NCBI GenBank assembly: GCA_028688375.1
Contig: JAQTYG010000002.1
Location: 3,841-67,840, forward strand
Reading direction: 5' to 3'
DNA from: Patescibacteria group bacterium
Lineage (GTDB): Bacteria > Patescibacteriota > Patescibacteriia > Magasanikbacterales > GWA2-37-8
DNA length: 64,000 nucleotides
Shown here: in pieces, positions 45,520 to 55,571 of the stretch
How the letters are laid out: every line of letters begins with the position of its first letter
Position numbering within the stretch: the first letter of the stretch is position 1
The notes under the pieces: model-generated
What the model was told of the DNA's origin: nothing
The model's database searches: none
Seen by the model: only the letters and a program-made list of their open reading frames with translations
Program-made: the position numbers and the translations under genes

Positions 45520-47979
45520 TTAATTTTTTTCTTTTTTCATCACTAAACTCCAAACCGTATCACCGGTCAGATCATGCGCGCCGATACCGGCGCCGTTAGA
45601 AGCCAGCGTCATTTCCGCGCCTTCGTTCCAGCTGGGGTGCCACAACGCCGGGTAGATGATCTGGCTTTCGAACGATGACTCTTGCCCTGATTGGCGCTGG
45701 GCGATTAATTGAAAACGGGAAGTTTGGTAGTCCTCCTTCACCAGTTCGTTAAAAATATTTTTTTCCGTCGGCGCGGTAGGCGCGAAAACTTTGCCGGGCA
45801 GGCGGTAGGTGAATTGTATTTGGCGCGTTTCTCCCGGCTCCAGAATCAGCCAATTGCCGAAAACGGTTTTGCCGAATTCTTCGGTCAAGCGCGTGCCGGT
45901 GCGCTCGTCAAAACCGATTTCTTTTTCCATTTGATTTAGCCAAACATCTTTTGTGGTCCATGAATCCGGCGCGCGAAATTTGCGTTCATCAGGCCAAACA
46001 AAACCCCCGGCGCTAATCAGTTCGCTACCGAGAGGCGTATAAACGCGGATGTAATCAATATTGGTTTGGCCATAAAGTTTTTCTCCGGGCGTGCCGGCGT
46101 GTGAACGGGTGATTACCACTGTATCAATCACACTGCCGTCATCTTGCACGATGGCCTGATGGCTGATCGTTTGTTTTATTTCAGCGTCGGATTTTTGCCC
46201 TTGGATGTTGGCGTTCACCACCATTAAATAATCTTGGTTGGCGGTGGTCGGCAAGAGCTGTCCGCTCCAACCGAAAGATTTTACGGTTTCTTCCGAGTCG
46301 GTATCGGTGAAATAAGCTTGGATTTCTTTTTGTTCCAATGATTCCGACAGGTTAACCAACAGCGGCATGATTTGCTCCGGAGTGACTCCGTCGAGATAAC
46401 TTAAAAATTGCGGCGCCAGATCGGAGAGGATTTGTTTTGGTTTGTTCGCTTCTTTTTCCGGGCCTTCTTCCACCACTTTTTGTATGGTGGCGACGGCATT
46501 ATCGGCGGCAAGAGTCAGCCCTCTTTTTTCGTCTATAATCGGTCCGAAGACAGCCAACAAACGTTCCAGCACGCTGGCGTTGACGGCGATCACGCCATCG
46601 GCGGTGATTTGCCGAGAGTGGCGGTAGAACCAGAGCATTTTTTCGGCGCTGGCCGGGAAGTCCGGGAACCAGTTGGCGTCTTGGAATTCCCAGCGCTTAT
46701 TTGACAATAACAAGGGAGCGGGCGGTTCCACGAATTGATCCAGCTGACCCTGCAAATCATAGGCTCCGCCGGCCGGAATTTCCATGTGAACTATTTTCCC
46801 GTCTTTGATATCCAGCAGGGCGAAACTGCCGAGGAAGCCGCCGGTCGGGCGGATTTCGTGGGGGTTTTGGAAGACCACCAAATAACGACGCAGGCCCTTT
46901 CCGCCGAATATTTCTTCCACCGCGGTGCCCAGGTCGGACAGATTTTTTAGGTCGTTCAGCAAGGCGGTGAAAAGAATTTTAAAATCTTTAAACGAGGCCT
47001 GATATTCCACGGGGAGAATGCCGGCGTTTACCGCGCTCAAATCGGCCAGCGCCGCTTCATAGTTAGGTGTGGCGGCGCGAAGATGCTCGGTAATTATTTT
47101 AATTCGCGCGGTCAAGGTAGTGGACGCATTTTTTTGACTGGCGCCCAGGCCTTTGATCAGATAAGTATTGCCCAAAGCGATTTTTTGTCCGGCGGTAATT
47201 AGTTTTTGTCGGCCCTGCACTTCTTTGGAAACGATGGGGACGGTGGAAACGATTTTCTGCAACAATCGGTGATTGTTATTCATCGTGTTAACCGCGTTGT
47301 TAAATTTCCCCAGCGCGTTAACCACGGAATTTTCCGCTCCGGGGATGTCGGCTTGCATAATTGCGGCCGTTGACTCCTGCAGAGCCATAAAGCCCTCGGT
47401 GCCGTTGGCGGCGATTTGTCCGGTGGTGTTTTTTAAACTTTGGTAATAGGAGCTGGCCTTGAAAGGAATGACTAAAATCAAAACGACTAACGCCGTGCGC
47501 CAGGCGATTTGTTGCCAGAAAATCGGCTGATTTTTTATTTTTTTTTCTTTTGTTTTGGTCGCGGCCTTGGTTTCAACCTCAAGCACGCTTTCTTTTTTTA
47601 CCGGCGGGGTTTCTTTAATCAGAGTTTCCAACGCGATCGGTTCCTCCACCGCCGGCTCTTCCACAAGCGGTTCGGTCGCGGCCTCTGCCGGCGGCGCGGA
47701 TTTTTGCTGGTGGTAAGAGTGATAATAAGTAGAATTCTTGGTCGGCGCCGAAGTTTCTATTTTGTGCCAAAACTCGCCCGTCGGTTTTTTTAGATTAATC
47801 AGGTACGGCGAATGTTCCGGCGCGCTGTTTTCATGGATGATGAATTTTATCGGTTGGATAGCGGGGGAGGCGGTCTTGAGCGAACTAAAAAATTCCGGAC
47901 AACGGGATTTATTATGTCCGGGTTTTTTGCAGACAGAACAGACGCGAAGTTGAGGCTTTTTTTCGTCGCGTGGCATCAA
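45520..47979 (-). CDS. large membrane-anchored protein with N-terminal CCHC zinc-knuckle-like motif
   Basis: CSVCKKPGHNKSRCPE at residues 14-29, Pro/Glu-rich linker, TM, about 600-aa extracytoplasmic domain. Confidence 0.45.
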   Translation of the reverse strand: MMPRDEKKPQLRVCSVCKKPGHNKSRCPEFFSSLKTASPAIQPIKFIIHENSAPEHSPYLINLKKPTGEFWHKIETSAPTKNSTYYHSYHQQKSAPPAEAATEPLVEEPAVEEPIALETLIKETPPVKKESVLEVETKAATKTKEKKIKNQPIFWQQIAWRTALVVLILVIPFKASSYYQSLKNTTGQIAANGTEGFMALQESTAAIMQADIPGAENSVVNALGKFNNAVNTMNNNHRLLQKIVSTVPIVSKEVQGRQKLITAGQKIALGNTYLIKGLGASQKNASTTLTARIKIITEHLRAATPNYEAALADLSAVNAGILPVEYQASFKDFKILFTALLNDLKNLSDLGTAVEEIFGGKGLRRYLVVFQNPHEIRPTGGFLGSFALLDIKDGKIVHMEIPAGGAYDLQGQLDQFVEPPAPLLLSNKRWEFQDANWFPDFPASAEKMLWFYRHSRQITADGVIAVNASVLERLLAVFGPIIDEKRGLTLAADNAVATIQKVVEEGPEKEANKPKQILSDLAPQFLSYLDGVTPEQIMPLLVNLSESLEQKEIQAYFTDTDSEETVKSFGWSGQLLPTTANQDYLMVVNANIQGQKSDAEIKQTISHQAIVQDDGSVIDTVVITRSHAGTPGEKLYGQTNIDYIRVYTPLGSELISAGGFVWPDERKFRAPDSWTTKDVWLNQMEKEIGFDERTGTRLTEEFGKTVFGNWLILEPGETRQIQFTYRLPGKVFAPTAPTEKNIFNELVKEDYQTSRFQLIAQRQSGQESSFESQIIYPALWHPSWNEGAEMTLASNGAGIGAHDLTGDTVWSLVMKKEKN

Positions 47980-48005
47980 GGTAAATTAGAGTTTTATTTA
48001 CCTTA

Positions 48006-49184
48006 TTATATCACACTATGATAAACCTCTAAAGTCTGGCGAGCGGTAGTTATCCACGAGTAGTTGTGGATAAGTTGAACACTTTTTTGCGTCAATGATT
48101 CCCGTAGTTTTTGGTCGGTTAAACCGCGCCAAATGGCAGTGGCCATGGCGTCGGGGTTACGCGGGTCGAAATAGATGACCGCGTCTTTGAGGATCTCCGG
48201 CAGGCAGGTGGCGGTGGAAGACGCGACGGGCAGGTCGTATTGCATCGCTTCCAACGGCGGTAGGCCGAAACCCTCGTAGAGTGAAGGAAAAATATAGAGC
48301 GAGGCGTTTTGATAAAGCACCGGCAGGTTTTCATCAGGGATATAGCCGGTAAAAATAATGTTGTCATTCCCGCGGACGCTTTGTTCTAGCCGGTCGTAAA
48401 AATAATTTTTTCGTCCGGCGAGTACCAATTGGTAATTATTTCCATGTTGAGCACAAAAAATATCCCACGCCTTAATCAGCCCTTCCAGATTTTTGTGCGG
48501 ATAAGCGACACCGACGTACAAAATATACGGTTTCGTGATTCTGTATTTATCCGCAAGGTCATTTCTGATTTCTGATTTCTGATTTCTGATTTCCGTCAGT
48601 GGTGTCGCTGCCAAATAGATAACTGAAATTTTATCGGGAGATACGTTGAAATTTTTAATAATATCCTGTCGGGTGTATTCACTTGGCGTGATAATCTGTT
48701 CGGATTTTTTAATGGCATGTTTTAATACGAGGCGATAGGCGATATTTTTGAAAAAATATGCCACCGGCCCCAAAGTACTAGCGGCGCGAGTGGGGTAGTG
48801 AAGCAGAAGTAAATCATGAATTGTCACGACAAATGGTTGGTTATAAAAAATCGGAATATTCCAATGTGGGAAGTGCATTAAATCTATTTTTTCTTTTTTA
48901 ATTATTTTTGCCAGTAAAAATTGTTCGCGCCAGCCATACCAGGGGATATCGGCGAGTATTTTTTTTATTTTTGGCGTTTCTTCCACCAAATCCCAATTTT
49001 CTTTACGCAAAAAAACCACGAACCCGTCGTCGTTATTTTCATGTTTTTCCGCCGTAGGCGGATCCGCCTTTGGCGGAAAGGCTTCAATGATTTCTTGTGT
49101 ATATCGTCCGATGCCACCCTGTTTCGGGCCGAGCATACGGGCATCAATGCCGATGATCATAGGATTTTTACTAAATTTAGCCAT
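48006..49184 (-). CDS. glycosyltransferase family 4
   Basis: EGFGLPPLEAMQYDLPV (GT4 E-x7-E region). Confidence 0.8.
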   Translation of the reverse strand: MAKFSKNPMIIGIDARMLGPKQGGIGRYTQEIIEAFPPKADPPTAEKHENNDDGFVVFLRKENWDLVEETPKIKKILADIPWYGWREQFLLAKIIKKEKIDLMHFPHWNIPIFYNQPFVVTIHDLLLLHYPTRAASTLGPVAYFFKNIAYRLVLKHAIKKSEQIITPSEYTRQDIIKNFNVSPDKISVIYLAATPLTEIRNQKSEIRNDLADKYRITKPYILYVGVAYPHKNLEGLIKAWDIFCAQHGNNYQLVLAGRKNYFYDRLEQSVRGNDNIIFTGYIPDENLPVLYQNASLYIFPSLYEGFGLPPLEAMQYDLPVASSTATCLPEILKDAVIYFDPRNPDAMATAIWRGLTDQKLRESLTQKSVQLIHNYSWITTARQTLEVYHSVI

Positions 49185-50275
49185 TCTGTCGCTGCTTTTT
49201 CCCAGGTGAATTTGGCCGCCTGTTCACGGCCTTTTTGGGCATGCCAATCGCGTAGAGCCGGCCTAGTTAATAGTTCGTTTATGGCTAAAGCCAGTTGGTC
49301 GGGCCGGGTCGGATCAATCAAATAGGCCGCGGAATCGGCGATTTCCGGTAGAGAAGAGCGGTTGGAGGTGATAACCGGCGTACCGGCCGACATGGCCTCT
49401 AAAACCGGGAAACCGAAACCTTCATACAAGCTGGGATAAATAAATATTTCAGCCGTGCTATAAAGTGTCGGTTTGTCTTCGGGCGCAACAAAGCCGATAA
49501 ATTTAATCTGGTCGGCCAATTTTGAATTTTTTGCTCGGCTAAAAATTTCCGCGTTCTTCCAGCCCGACGCGCCGGCGATGACGAGCGGAATTTTTCCTTC
49601 TGTTTTTTCAAATGCCTCAATCAAGCCGATAATATTTTTTCGCGGCTCAATCGTCCCCAAAAATAAAATAAACTTTTCCGGCAGATTATATTTTTTCTGG
49701 AGGTCGGTATCTGCGAACTGAGAACTGTGAACTGAGAACTGTCGCACCCCCGGATAAATCACTTTAATTTTTTCCGGCGCGAGGTGGTAATAATCGATCA
49801 GGTCTCGCCGAGTGTTGGCCGAGGGCGTGATAATTACGTCAGCGCGTCGGCACTGCGCTTCGGGCGCGACAATTTTATGCCACCAAAATTGTTTTGGCGT
49901 GGAAAATTCCGGGAAAAATTTGTACGATAGGTCGTGCACGGTGAGAATATTTTTTACTTTTTTTGTCAGCGCGGTAAAATTTAAATTTGGCGAAAACCAC
50001 ACCTCGCAGGGGCAAACTTTATCCAGTCGCGGCCGGCCGAACAGGCGCATGGCGCCATTGTATATTTTATTCGGATAGCGCTGAGCGATTATTTTTACAT
50101 GGGGGAAATTCCACGATGGAATATTTTGCGCCACCTCGGTCCAAGAATTGTAAAATAAAAAATATTGATTGGTGGTATCAATATTAAAAATGGCGTTGAG
50201 CAGTTCAAAAGTGTATTCACCCACGCCGGTGCGCGGCGCGGTCATGAGCGGGCGAATATCAATGCCGATACGCAT
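49157..50275 (-). CDS. glycosyltransferase family 4
   Basis: EGFGFPVLEAMSAGTPVI. Confidence 0.8.
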   Translation of the reverse strand: MRIGIDIRPLMTAPRTGVGEYTFELLNAIFNIDTTNQYFLFYNSWTEVAQNIPSWNFPHVKIIAQRYPNKIYNGAMRLFGRPRLDKVCPCEVWFSPNLNFTALTKKVKNILTVHDLSYKFFPEFSTPKQFWWHKIVAPEAQCRRADVIITPSANTRRDLIDYYHLAPEKIKVIYPGVRQFSVHSSQFADTDLQKKYNLPEKFILFLGTIEPRKNIIGLIEAFEKTEGKIPLVIAGASGWKNAEIFSRAKNSKLADQIKFIGFVAPEDKPTLYSTAEIFIYPSLYEGFGFPVLEAMSAGTPVITSNRSSLPEIADSAAYLIDPTRPDQLALAINELLTRPALRDWHAQKGREQAAKFTWEKAATEWLNLVKIL

Positions 50276-50281
50276 AAAATT

Positions 50282-51403
50282 TTAGTTTATCAGCGCCGGC
50301 TGGGTCATTTTTTTTCTAAAATCTTCCCAATGATCGCCGACGACTCGTTTAATTTTTTCTTGGAAAATTACGGTATCAAATTGCCGCGCGTGTTCGCGAA
50401 TGCGGGCGCTGTCCCAATGGGAAAAATTAAAATTGAGTAAAGTGTCCAATAGTGCTTCCCAGGTTTGTTGGTAAAAAAATACGCCGGTCACGCCCGGGAC
50501 AATCGTTTCCGTGGCCCCGCCATCGGCAAAAGCCATCACCGGCCGGCCGCTGGCCATTGATTCCACGGCGGTCAGGCCGAAATCCTCGGTTTGCGGGTTG
50601 ATAAAAGCCCGCGCCCGGCTCATTAATTCTTTTTTCTCTTCTTCGGAAATTTGGCCGAGAAACCGGATGTTATTTTTGGCGTGTTTTTTCAGGCGCGGCA
50701 GCTCCGGCCCGTCGCCGAATATTTTTAGCGGCCAGCCCAGGCGGTTAAAAGCCGACACCACGATGTCCAGGCGTTTGTAAGGCACCAATCTGCCTCCGGC
50801 CAAATAGTAATCGCCCACATCGGCGCTGATTTTAAATTGGTCCGCTTCTATCGGCGGATTGATCACTTCGCTCGGCCGGCGATAATATTTTTCTATCCGT
50901 CGGGATACGGTGCGGGAATTGGCGATGAAATGATCCACGCGGTCGGCGCTCATTTTGTCCCACAGGCGCAAGCGGTGGAGCAGATTGGACAAAAATATTT
51001 TTACCAATCGTCCGCTGTTTAAGTCGGAAACATAATCCAGTGAATCGGCCCAGAGGTAGCGAGGCGGAGTATGACAGTAGGAAATATGCAGAGTGCCGGG
51101 CGAGGTAATCACGCCTTTGGCAAAGGCGCTGGTGGAAGAAAGCACCACGTCAAAATCGCGCAAATCATGGCGTTCGGTGGCCGCCGGCATCCAGGGCAAG
51201 TACCACTGAAAGGCCGAACGGACAAACGGCATTTTAGCCAGAAAAGATTCTTTAATTTTTTCCCGGTCAAAATAATTTATTTTTTTTCGGTCGTGAAATA
51301 AAACAAAAATTGGCGCCTCCGGCCAAATTTCGTGGAGGGCTTTTAACACTCGCTCCGCCCCTCCGTCTTGCGAGAGATAATCGTGGACTAAGGCGATGCG
51401 CAT
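50282..51403 (-). CDS. glycosyltransferase family 4
   Basis: EDFGLTAVESMASGRPVM. Confidence 0.8.
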   Translation of the reverse strand: MRIALVHDYLSQDGGAERVLKALHEIWPEAPIFVLFHDRKKINYFDREKIKESFLAKMPFVRSAFQWYLPWMPAATERHDLRDFDVVLSSTSAFAKGVITSPGTLHISYCHTPPRYLWADSLDYVSDLNSGRLVKIFLSNLLHRLRLWDKMSADRVDHFIANSRTVSRRIEKYYRRPSEVINPPIEADQFKISADVGDYYLAGGRLVPYKRLDIVVSAFNRLGWPLKIFGDGPELPRLKKHAKNNIRFLGQISEEEKKELMSRARAFINPQTEDFGLTAVESMASGRPVMAFADGGATETIVPGVTGVFFYQQTWEALLDTLLNFNFSHWDSARIREHARQFDTVIFQEKIKRVVGDHWEDFRKKMTQPALIN

Positions 51404-51405
51404 AT

Positions 51406-52824
51406 TTACCAGGCCCCTTTGCGTCTTAAAACAACAAAAGGCGTCTTTATCAGTATGATAAGGTCAATCAACAGGCTCCAATTTTCAATGTAGAAAGCGT
51501 CCAGTTTTACTTCATCGTCAAAACTTAAATCGCTTCGTCCGGAGATTTGCGCCAAACCGGTGACACCCGGTTTGATCGCTAGAACAATTTTGTGGCGCTG
51601 TTCGTATTTATCCACTTCGCGCGGTTGGTGCGGACGCGGTCCGACCAAACTCATTTGGCCGATAAAGACATTCCAAAATTGCGGCAGTTCGTCCACGCTC
51701 CAGCGCCGGATGAACCGGCCGAACGGCGTGACGCGCGGGTCGTTGGCAATTTTATAAACCGGCCCTTCTTTGACGCTCTTCTCGGCGATTAATTGCGCTT
51801 CTTTTTTCAGAGCGGCTTGACCGGAGGCGCCGAATTGCGGGCCGGTGCAATCTTTTTGCCACATGGAACGGAATTTCAAGGCGAAGAATTTTTTTCCATC
51901 GGCGCCGACGCGTTCATTTTTATAGAATACCGGCCGGCCGGTTTCAATCAAAATAATTATGGCGGTGATTAAATAAACGGGCGAGAAAATTATTAGCAAA
52001 ATTAAACTGCCGATAAAATCAAACAAACGTTTGAAAATTCTGCCCCAGCCGGTCAGGCGAGTGCGGCGCAGTTCAATAATCGGCACGCCGGCGACCGTAT
52101 CAATGGTGATATTGGTGGAGATGGTGGCAAATAAGTCGGCCGAGTATTTGAAAGCGATATTATTGTCGTTGGCAAAATCAATCGCCGACAACGCTTCTTC
52201 CTCGTTAGCTTTCGGGTCGGTAAAAATTATTTCATCCGGTTTTATTTTTAAAATTTGCGCGGCGGTATTGGCGTCAAAATGGGCGAAGTTGCCGGCCAGT
52301 TTAAAACCGAGGTGCGGGCGATTGGTGAGAGTTTGTTTAATTGATTCGGCGATGGCTTGCGTGCCGATGATTACGGTGCGGCGCAGGCCGACATTAAAAC
52401 GATAGAGCAGGCGTTTTAAGCCGAGGACTAAAAGCCGGCCGAGTAAAACATAGAGAATGGCAAAAATCCAGCCGGCCAGCACGAGAAAACGCGAATCAAA
52501 TTTTTGCAAGGTGAAAAAAACATAGATGGTAATGCCGGCAAACCCGGTGGAGCAGGCCAGGATAACACGCGAAAAATCGCGCGCCATTTTTCGCGGCGGA
52601 TAGATGCTGTATAAGCCGGCCAAAGCAAAAATAATAATCCAGGCCGCGGCGACCAGAAAAACTACCGGCCAATATTTTTCCCAAGGAATGTTAAATAAAA
52701 CAGGCCGAATTGATTTAACATATTCGGTAAAGCGCAGGGCGTAGGCGGTAAAGCCGGCCAGCATAATGGCGCAGAAATCAATCGGCACCTGCACCACGGC
52801 GAAAGTGAGTTCAAATTTTTTCAT
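51406..52824 (-). CDS. polyprenyl-phosphate hexose-1-phosphate transferase (bacterial sugar transferase, WbaP/EpsE-like)
   Basis: N-terminal TM bundle; C-terminal RPVFYKNERVG...KFRSM...GPRP catalytic region. Confidence 0.8.
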   Translation of the reverse strand: MKKFELTFAVVQVPIDFCAIMLAGFTAYALRFTEYVKSIRPVLFNIPWEKYWPVVFLVAAAWIIIFALAGLYSIYPPRKMARDFSRVILACSTGFAGITIYVFFTLQKFDSRFLVLAGWIFAILYVLLGRLLVLGLKRLLYRFNVGLRRTVIIGTQAIAESIKQTLTNRPHLGFKLAGNFAHFDANTAAQILKIKPDEIIFTDPKANEEEALSAIDFANDNNIAFKYSADLFATISTNITIDTVAGVPIIELRRTRLTGWGRIFKRLFDFIGSLILLIIFSPVYLITAIIILIETGRPVFYKNERVGADGKKFFALKFRSMWQKDCTGPQFGASGQAALKKEAQLIAEKSVKEGPVYKIANDPRVTPFGRFIRRWSVDELPQFWNVFIGQMSLVGPRPHQPREVDKYEQRHKIVLAIKPGVTGLAQISGRSDLSFDDEVKLDAFYIENWSLLIDLIILIKTPFVVLRRKGAW

Positions 52825-52931
52825 ACACAGCTGAAGAATTGGTTAGGTAATACCGATATTTTACGCCTTTTTTTTGACCGAGTCAAACCGTATAGGCCTT
52901 GCCCGGCAGAGGCCGAAGGCATTCTGCCGGG

Positions 52932-52960
52932 TTGACAAAACGCTCAAGATATGCTATATT
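52932..52960 (+). promoter_or_regulatory. sigma70 promoter for RNase P RNA (TTGACA-17-TATATT)
   Basis: ttgacaaaacgctcaagatatgctatatt. Confidence 0.6.
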
Positions 52961-52967
52961 AATACGG

Positions 52968-53368
52968 TTCATTAAAAGCAATCGCCGTGTATTTATACAT
53001 GGAGGAAAGTCCGAACACGCCCTTAGCGCAAGCTGAGGAGCAGGGTAGCGGGTAACGCCCGTCGTCCGCCTTCGGGTGGGCAGAGGTGCGAGCAGAGACG
53101 TTTTTGGCTGAAAAGCCAAAGAGAGCAAACCCCAAGTTTGTGTTAAATCATAAATGAGCTTAGCTTCAATCAAGGGGATAAAAGATTGAAGGTGAAACGG
53201 CAAAATCCTTACCTGCGTGCAAGAGCAGAGTCCGTCCCGCAAAATGCGGGGCGAGATAAAAAGTTCGCTCGCTTGATCGCGTAGAGTAATTTACGCGACA
53301 GAGAAATGATTGCTCTCCGTCCGCCAGCTGGCGGACTGGAGTACAAAATTCGGCTTATTATAATGAAC
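52968..53368 (+). ncRNA. rnpB: RNase P RNA (bacterial type A)
   Basis: GGAGGAAAGUCCGAACAC (P4 5' strand), GGUGAAACGG, ACAAAAUUCGGCUUA (P4 3' strand), P1 pairing gttcatt/aatgaac. Confidence 0.8.
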
Positions 53369-53371
53369 AAA

Positions 53372-53402
53372 AAACTCGCCCCGTAAGGGGCGAGTTTTTA
53401 AT
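53372..53402 (+). terminator. intrinsic terminator
   Basis: aaaactcgcccc-gtaa-ggggcgagttttt. Confidence 0.75.
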
Positions 53403-53412
53403 ATAGAAATGT

Positions 53413-55203
53413 TTATACTTCTATAACAACCGGCAACACCATCGGTCGTTTCTCTGTTTTTGTGAACAAAAATTGTCCGACATAATCCCGAATCTTGTTT
53501 TTGATGTTGTTGGTGTCGGCCCAGGAGAGCGGGTCGGAATCCTGCACCAGTTTTTTCACCCGATGGCGCAAGTCCTCAATCAGCTCTTTATTTTCTTTCA
53601 AGAAAACAAAGCCGCGGGAAATAATATCCGGGTTTTGCACCAGCTGTCCGGTTTTGGCGTTGACCGTGGCAATCACCACAATCATGCCATCCTCGGCCAA
53701 CAGTTGGCGATCGCGCAAGACCACATTGGTTTCGTCGGAGACACCCAGGCCGTCGACAAAGACATAGTCGGACGGAATCTTATTTGGCGTCAGCACGCCT
53801 TTGCCGTGCGAAAATTCCATCACCTGGCCGTTGTCGGCGATGAAAATATTTTCTTTGGGGAAGCCGAGCGATTCCACTGTCTTGGCGTTGTAATGCAAAA
53901 GATAATGGTTGCCTTCAATCGGAATAAAATATTTCGGATTGAGCAGGCGCACCATCAGCTTCACATCATCGGCCTTGGCGTGACCGCCGGCGTGCACGTC
54001 CATCATTTGTGAATGAATCACTTCGGCGTCTTTGCGGAAGAGCGTATCTTTCAGACGTTGCACCGTGCGTTCGTTGCCCGGAACAACGGAAGAAGAAAAC
54101 ACCACCGTGTCGCCTTTGGTCAGACGAATGGTGCGGTGTTCACCGTTGGCGATGCGCATCAACGAAGCATTTTTTTCGCCCTGCGCGCCGGTACAGACAA
54201 TCACCACTTTGTTATCCGGATAATCGTGAATGCGTTTCAAATCAATCAAAGTCTTCGGACTGAATTTCATGTAACCCAGTTCTTTGGCAATTTCCACGTT
54301 GCTTTTCATGGAGAACCCGTCGAGGGCGACAATCTTACCCTGCTTTTCCGAGATTTCAATGATCTGTTTAATACGCGAGAGTAGGGAAGCGAAAGTGCCG
54401 ATGATAATCCGGCCCGGCGCTTTGGCGATTATTTCTTCAATGGTGACGCCGATTTCCGATTCGGACATCTGGTGGCCTGGCTGTGAGGCGTTGGTGGAGT
54501 CGGAGAGCAGAGCCAGCACCCCTTGGGAGCCGATTTGGGCGATGCGCTGCAGGTCGGCAGGCGCTTCGCCGGCCGGCTGATAATCAAATTTCCAGTCGCC
54601 GGTATGGATGACGACTCCTTCCGGAGTACGAATTACCACCCCCATGGAATCGGGGATGTTATGATTGAGGTGGAAAAATTCCAGCTCAAAATGTCCGAGT
54701 CGCAGTTTCTCATTCAGATTGATGTTGACTGTGTTGACCGGACGCTTGAAATCTTCCTGGCGTTTTTTGATGATGGCGTTGGTCAACGGCAGGCCGTAAA
54801 TCGGAGGAAAGCCCAATTCGGGAATGAGGTGGGGGATACCGCCAATATGGTCGTAGTGCGCGTGAGTGATAATCACCCCGCGAATGTTTTTTTCTTTGCC
54901 CTTGAGATAGGACATGTTCGGGATGATGTAATCAATACCCGGCATGTCTTCTTCGGGAAACTGCAGACCCATGTCAATCAAAATGATGTCGCCATCATAT
55001 TCAAGCAGAGTGCAGTTACGGCCGACCTCTTCCAAACCGCCGATGACGGCGATTTTCAGTTTGAGGTCTTCTCCGCGAAAACGCGAAAAAGACGGGCGCG
55101 CTGTCGGCACGCTGGTGTGAGTATCTCGCCGGCGCGTTTCATACGCCCGGCGATGCCGGCCTCCGCCGGATTTGTTATTTGGTCGTGAGATCATAGATAA
55201 CAA
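53413..55203 (-). CDS. rnj: ribonuclease J
   Basis: MBL motif ITHAHYDHIGG, beta-CASP domain, 596 aa with Arg-rich N-terminal extension. Confidence 0.9.
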   Translation of the reverse strand: MLSMISRPNNKSGGGRHRRAYETRRRDTHTSVPTARPSFSRFRGEDLKLKIAVIGGLEEVGRNCTLLEYDGDIILIDMGLQFPEEDMPGIDYIIPNMSYLKGKEKNIRGVIITHAHYDHIGGIPHLIPELGFPPIYGLPLTNAIIKKRQEDFKRPVNTVNINLNEKLRLGHFELEFFHLNHNIPDSMGVVIRTPEGVVIHTGDWKFDYQPAGEAPADLQRIAQIGSQGVLALLSDSTNASQPGHQMSESEIGVTIEEIIAKAPGRIIIGTFASLLSRIKQIIEISEKQGKIVALDGFSMKSNVEIAKELGYMKFSPKTLIDLKRIHDYPDNKVVIVCTGAQGEKNASLMRIANGEHRTIRLTKGDTVVFSSSVVPGNERTVQRLKDTLFRKDAEVIHSQMMDVHAGGHAKADDVKLMVRLLNPKYFIPIEGNHYLLHYNAKTVESLGFPKENIFIADNGQVMEFSHGKGVLTPNKIPSDYVFVDGLGVSDETNVVLRDRQLLAEDGMIVVIATVNAKTGQLVQNPDIISRGFVFLKENKELIEDLRHRVKKLVQDSDPLSWADTNNIKNKIRDYVGQFLFTKTEKRPMVLPVVIEV

Positions 55204-55323
55204 TTAACAATAAGCAATTAACAATAAGCAAATTGTTTAAAATAAATTTAGATGAATTAAAGAGAAGTAAAATTCCGTTTCGACAAACAGAATTAAGAAG
55301 TTGCGCTAGCGCGCAATAATTTT

Positions 55324-55407
55324 GGTGCGGACGGAGGGACTCGAACCCTCAAGGCCGAAGCCATACGCTTCTGAGACGTACGCGTATACCAGTTCCGCCA
55401 CGTCCGC
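55324..55407 (-). tRNA. tRNA-Leu (anticodon CAG), CCA encoded
   Basis: acceptor GCGGACG/CGTCCGC, anticodon loop CTCAGAA, long variable arm TGGCTTCGGCC, T-arm GAGGG-TTCGAGT-CCCTC, 3' ACCA. Confidence 0.7.
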
Positions 55408-55560
55408 ATGATAGATACGAAATACGAAAGATACGAAAGTACGAAAACAATTTACGTACGAAAGTACGAATTGTACGAAAGTACGAAAACGATTTTTTGG
55501 TTCGTATTTTCGTACCTTTCGTAGTTCGTACGTTCTGTAGTTCGTACGTTTTTTAGTTCG
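55405..55560. repeat. intergenic array of direct and inverted GTACGAAAGTACGAA repeats
   Basis: cgaaagtacgaa units 55420-55500 and reverse complements ttcgtacctttcgtagttcgtacg 55500-55560. Confidence 0.6.
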
Positions 55561-55571
55561 TTACGTTCTTA

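Noticed and set aside
48561-48587. Short tandem repeats considered as a possible CRISPR array
   Set aside because: Units are 6-8 nt with no spacers, lie inside coding sequence, and no cas genes are present; these are simple sequence repeats, not CRISPR.
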